A stretch of 64,000 nucleotides of DNA from Eledone cirrhosa. Taxonomy: Eukaryota. How positions within the stretch are numbered: position 1 is the stretch's first letter; every line of letters starts with the position of its first letter. The stretch spans positions 355,694,001 through 355,758,000 of the forward strand of contig OZ024740.1 of assembly GCA_964016885.1 (NCBI GenBank), given 5' to 3'. Shown here piece by piece: positions 63,497-64,000 of this stretch. The translations under genes were made by a program, and so were the position numbers. Under the pieces are notes generated by a model. It was not told the origin of the DNA and ran no database searches. It saw nothing but the letters and a program-made list of their open reading frames with translations.

Positions 63497-64000
63497 AATA
63501 TATGAACAACCGTCTGGTTGTGGAACCAACAAACCGGAAATTTATAAATTCTTAAATTTATAAATTTAATTTATAATAAATTGGAGTGAAAGCAACTGGT
63601 GCGTTGTTTCTTATTGGCAACATGACCCTCCCAAAGTATAACTATATCGGTTTCAACACACGTTTTCAGATAAAGAATCTTGCTGAACAAATTCAGAAAC
63701 GAAATATATATATATATATATAATTTCAGGAGGATTTGGTTACTATTACTAGCTAGTTAAGCAAAACACAGGCCATACACTTTTGAAAATCTGCAATCAG
63801 TCATACATGTTTTGAGACCACTTTGCCCTATCTTCTACATCACCCCACGTTAAATCCATAGCTTTCATTTTCTCTTCCGTTAACTTTGGCCATGTCTTTC
63901 TTGGTCTTCCCTTTCTACATTAATTTCTAACACTCCTCTCACCTAAGCAATTTCATCCTTCCTCAATACATGACACAAGAAACTCATTCTATTTCTCTTC

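Larger units (their letters stand above)
62859..63705 (-). mobile_element. 5'-truncated Penelope-like retroelement with inverted pseudo-LTRs
   Basis: About 230-bp inverted arms (62859-63086 and 63403-63646). Between them, minus-strand RKDAMFRQITEAININELQPKLNRKHEW resembles a GIY-YIG endonuclease C-terminus (R-x3-EA-x2-I-x4-P-x-LNR). Hammerhead motif in each arm; (TA)n on both flanks. Confidence 0.85.

Overview
AT-rich animal genomic DNA made almost entirely of repeats. The repeat families suggest an octopus or other coleoid cephalopod (inference). No host protein-coding exon could be supported, and the very long ORFs in the track are microsatellite artefacts. Main features: (1) an apparently intact RTE-clade LINE (16821-20631) with a 1056-aa endonuclease/reverse transcriptase ORF that has a PHD-type zinc finger inside the RT, inserted at the edge of a 3.5-kb (AT/AC) microsatellite; (2) decayed relatives of this LINE, including a near full-length inverted copy with a possible tandem 5' promoter extension; (3) fold-back Penelope-like elements carrying minimal hammerhead ribozyme motifs (about 6.6-7.4 kb and 62.9-63.7 kb, with relics at 3.2 and 32.4 kb); (4) non-autonomous Helitrons, including a head-to-tail pair; (5) CRE-, R4/Dong- and Rex3-like retrotransposon fragments, roughly 28 strand-biased copies of a tRNA-derived SINE, and TTAA- and TA-type MITEs. 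Coordinates of decayed repeats are approximate and were read by eye.
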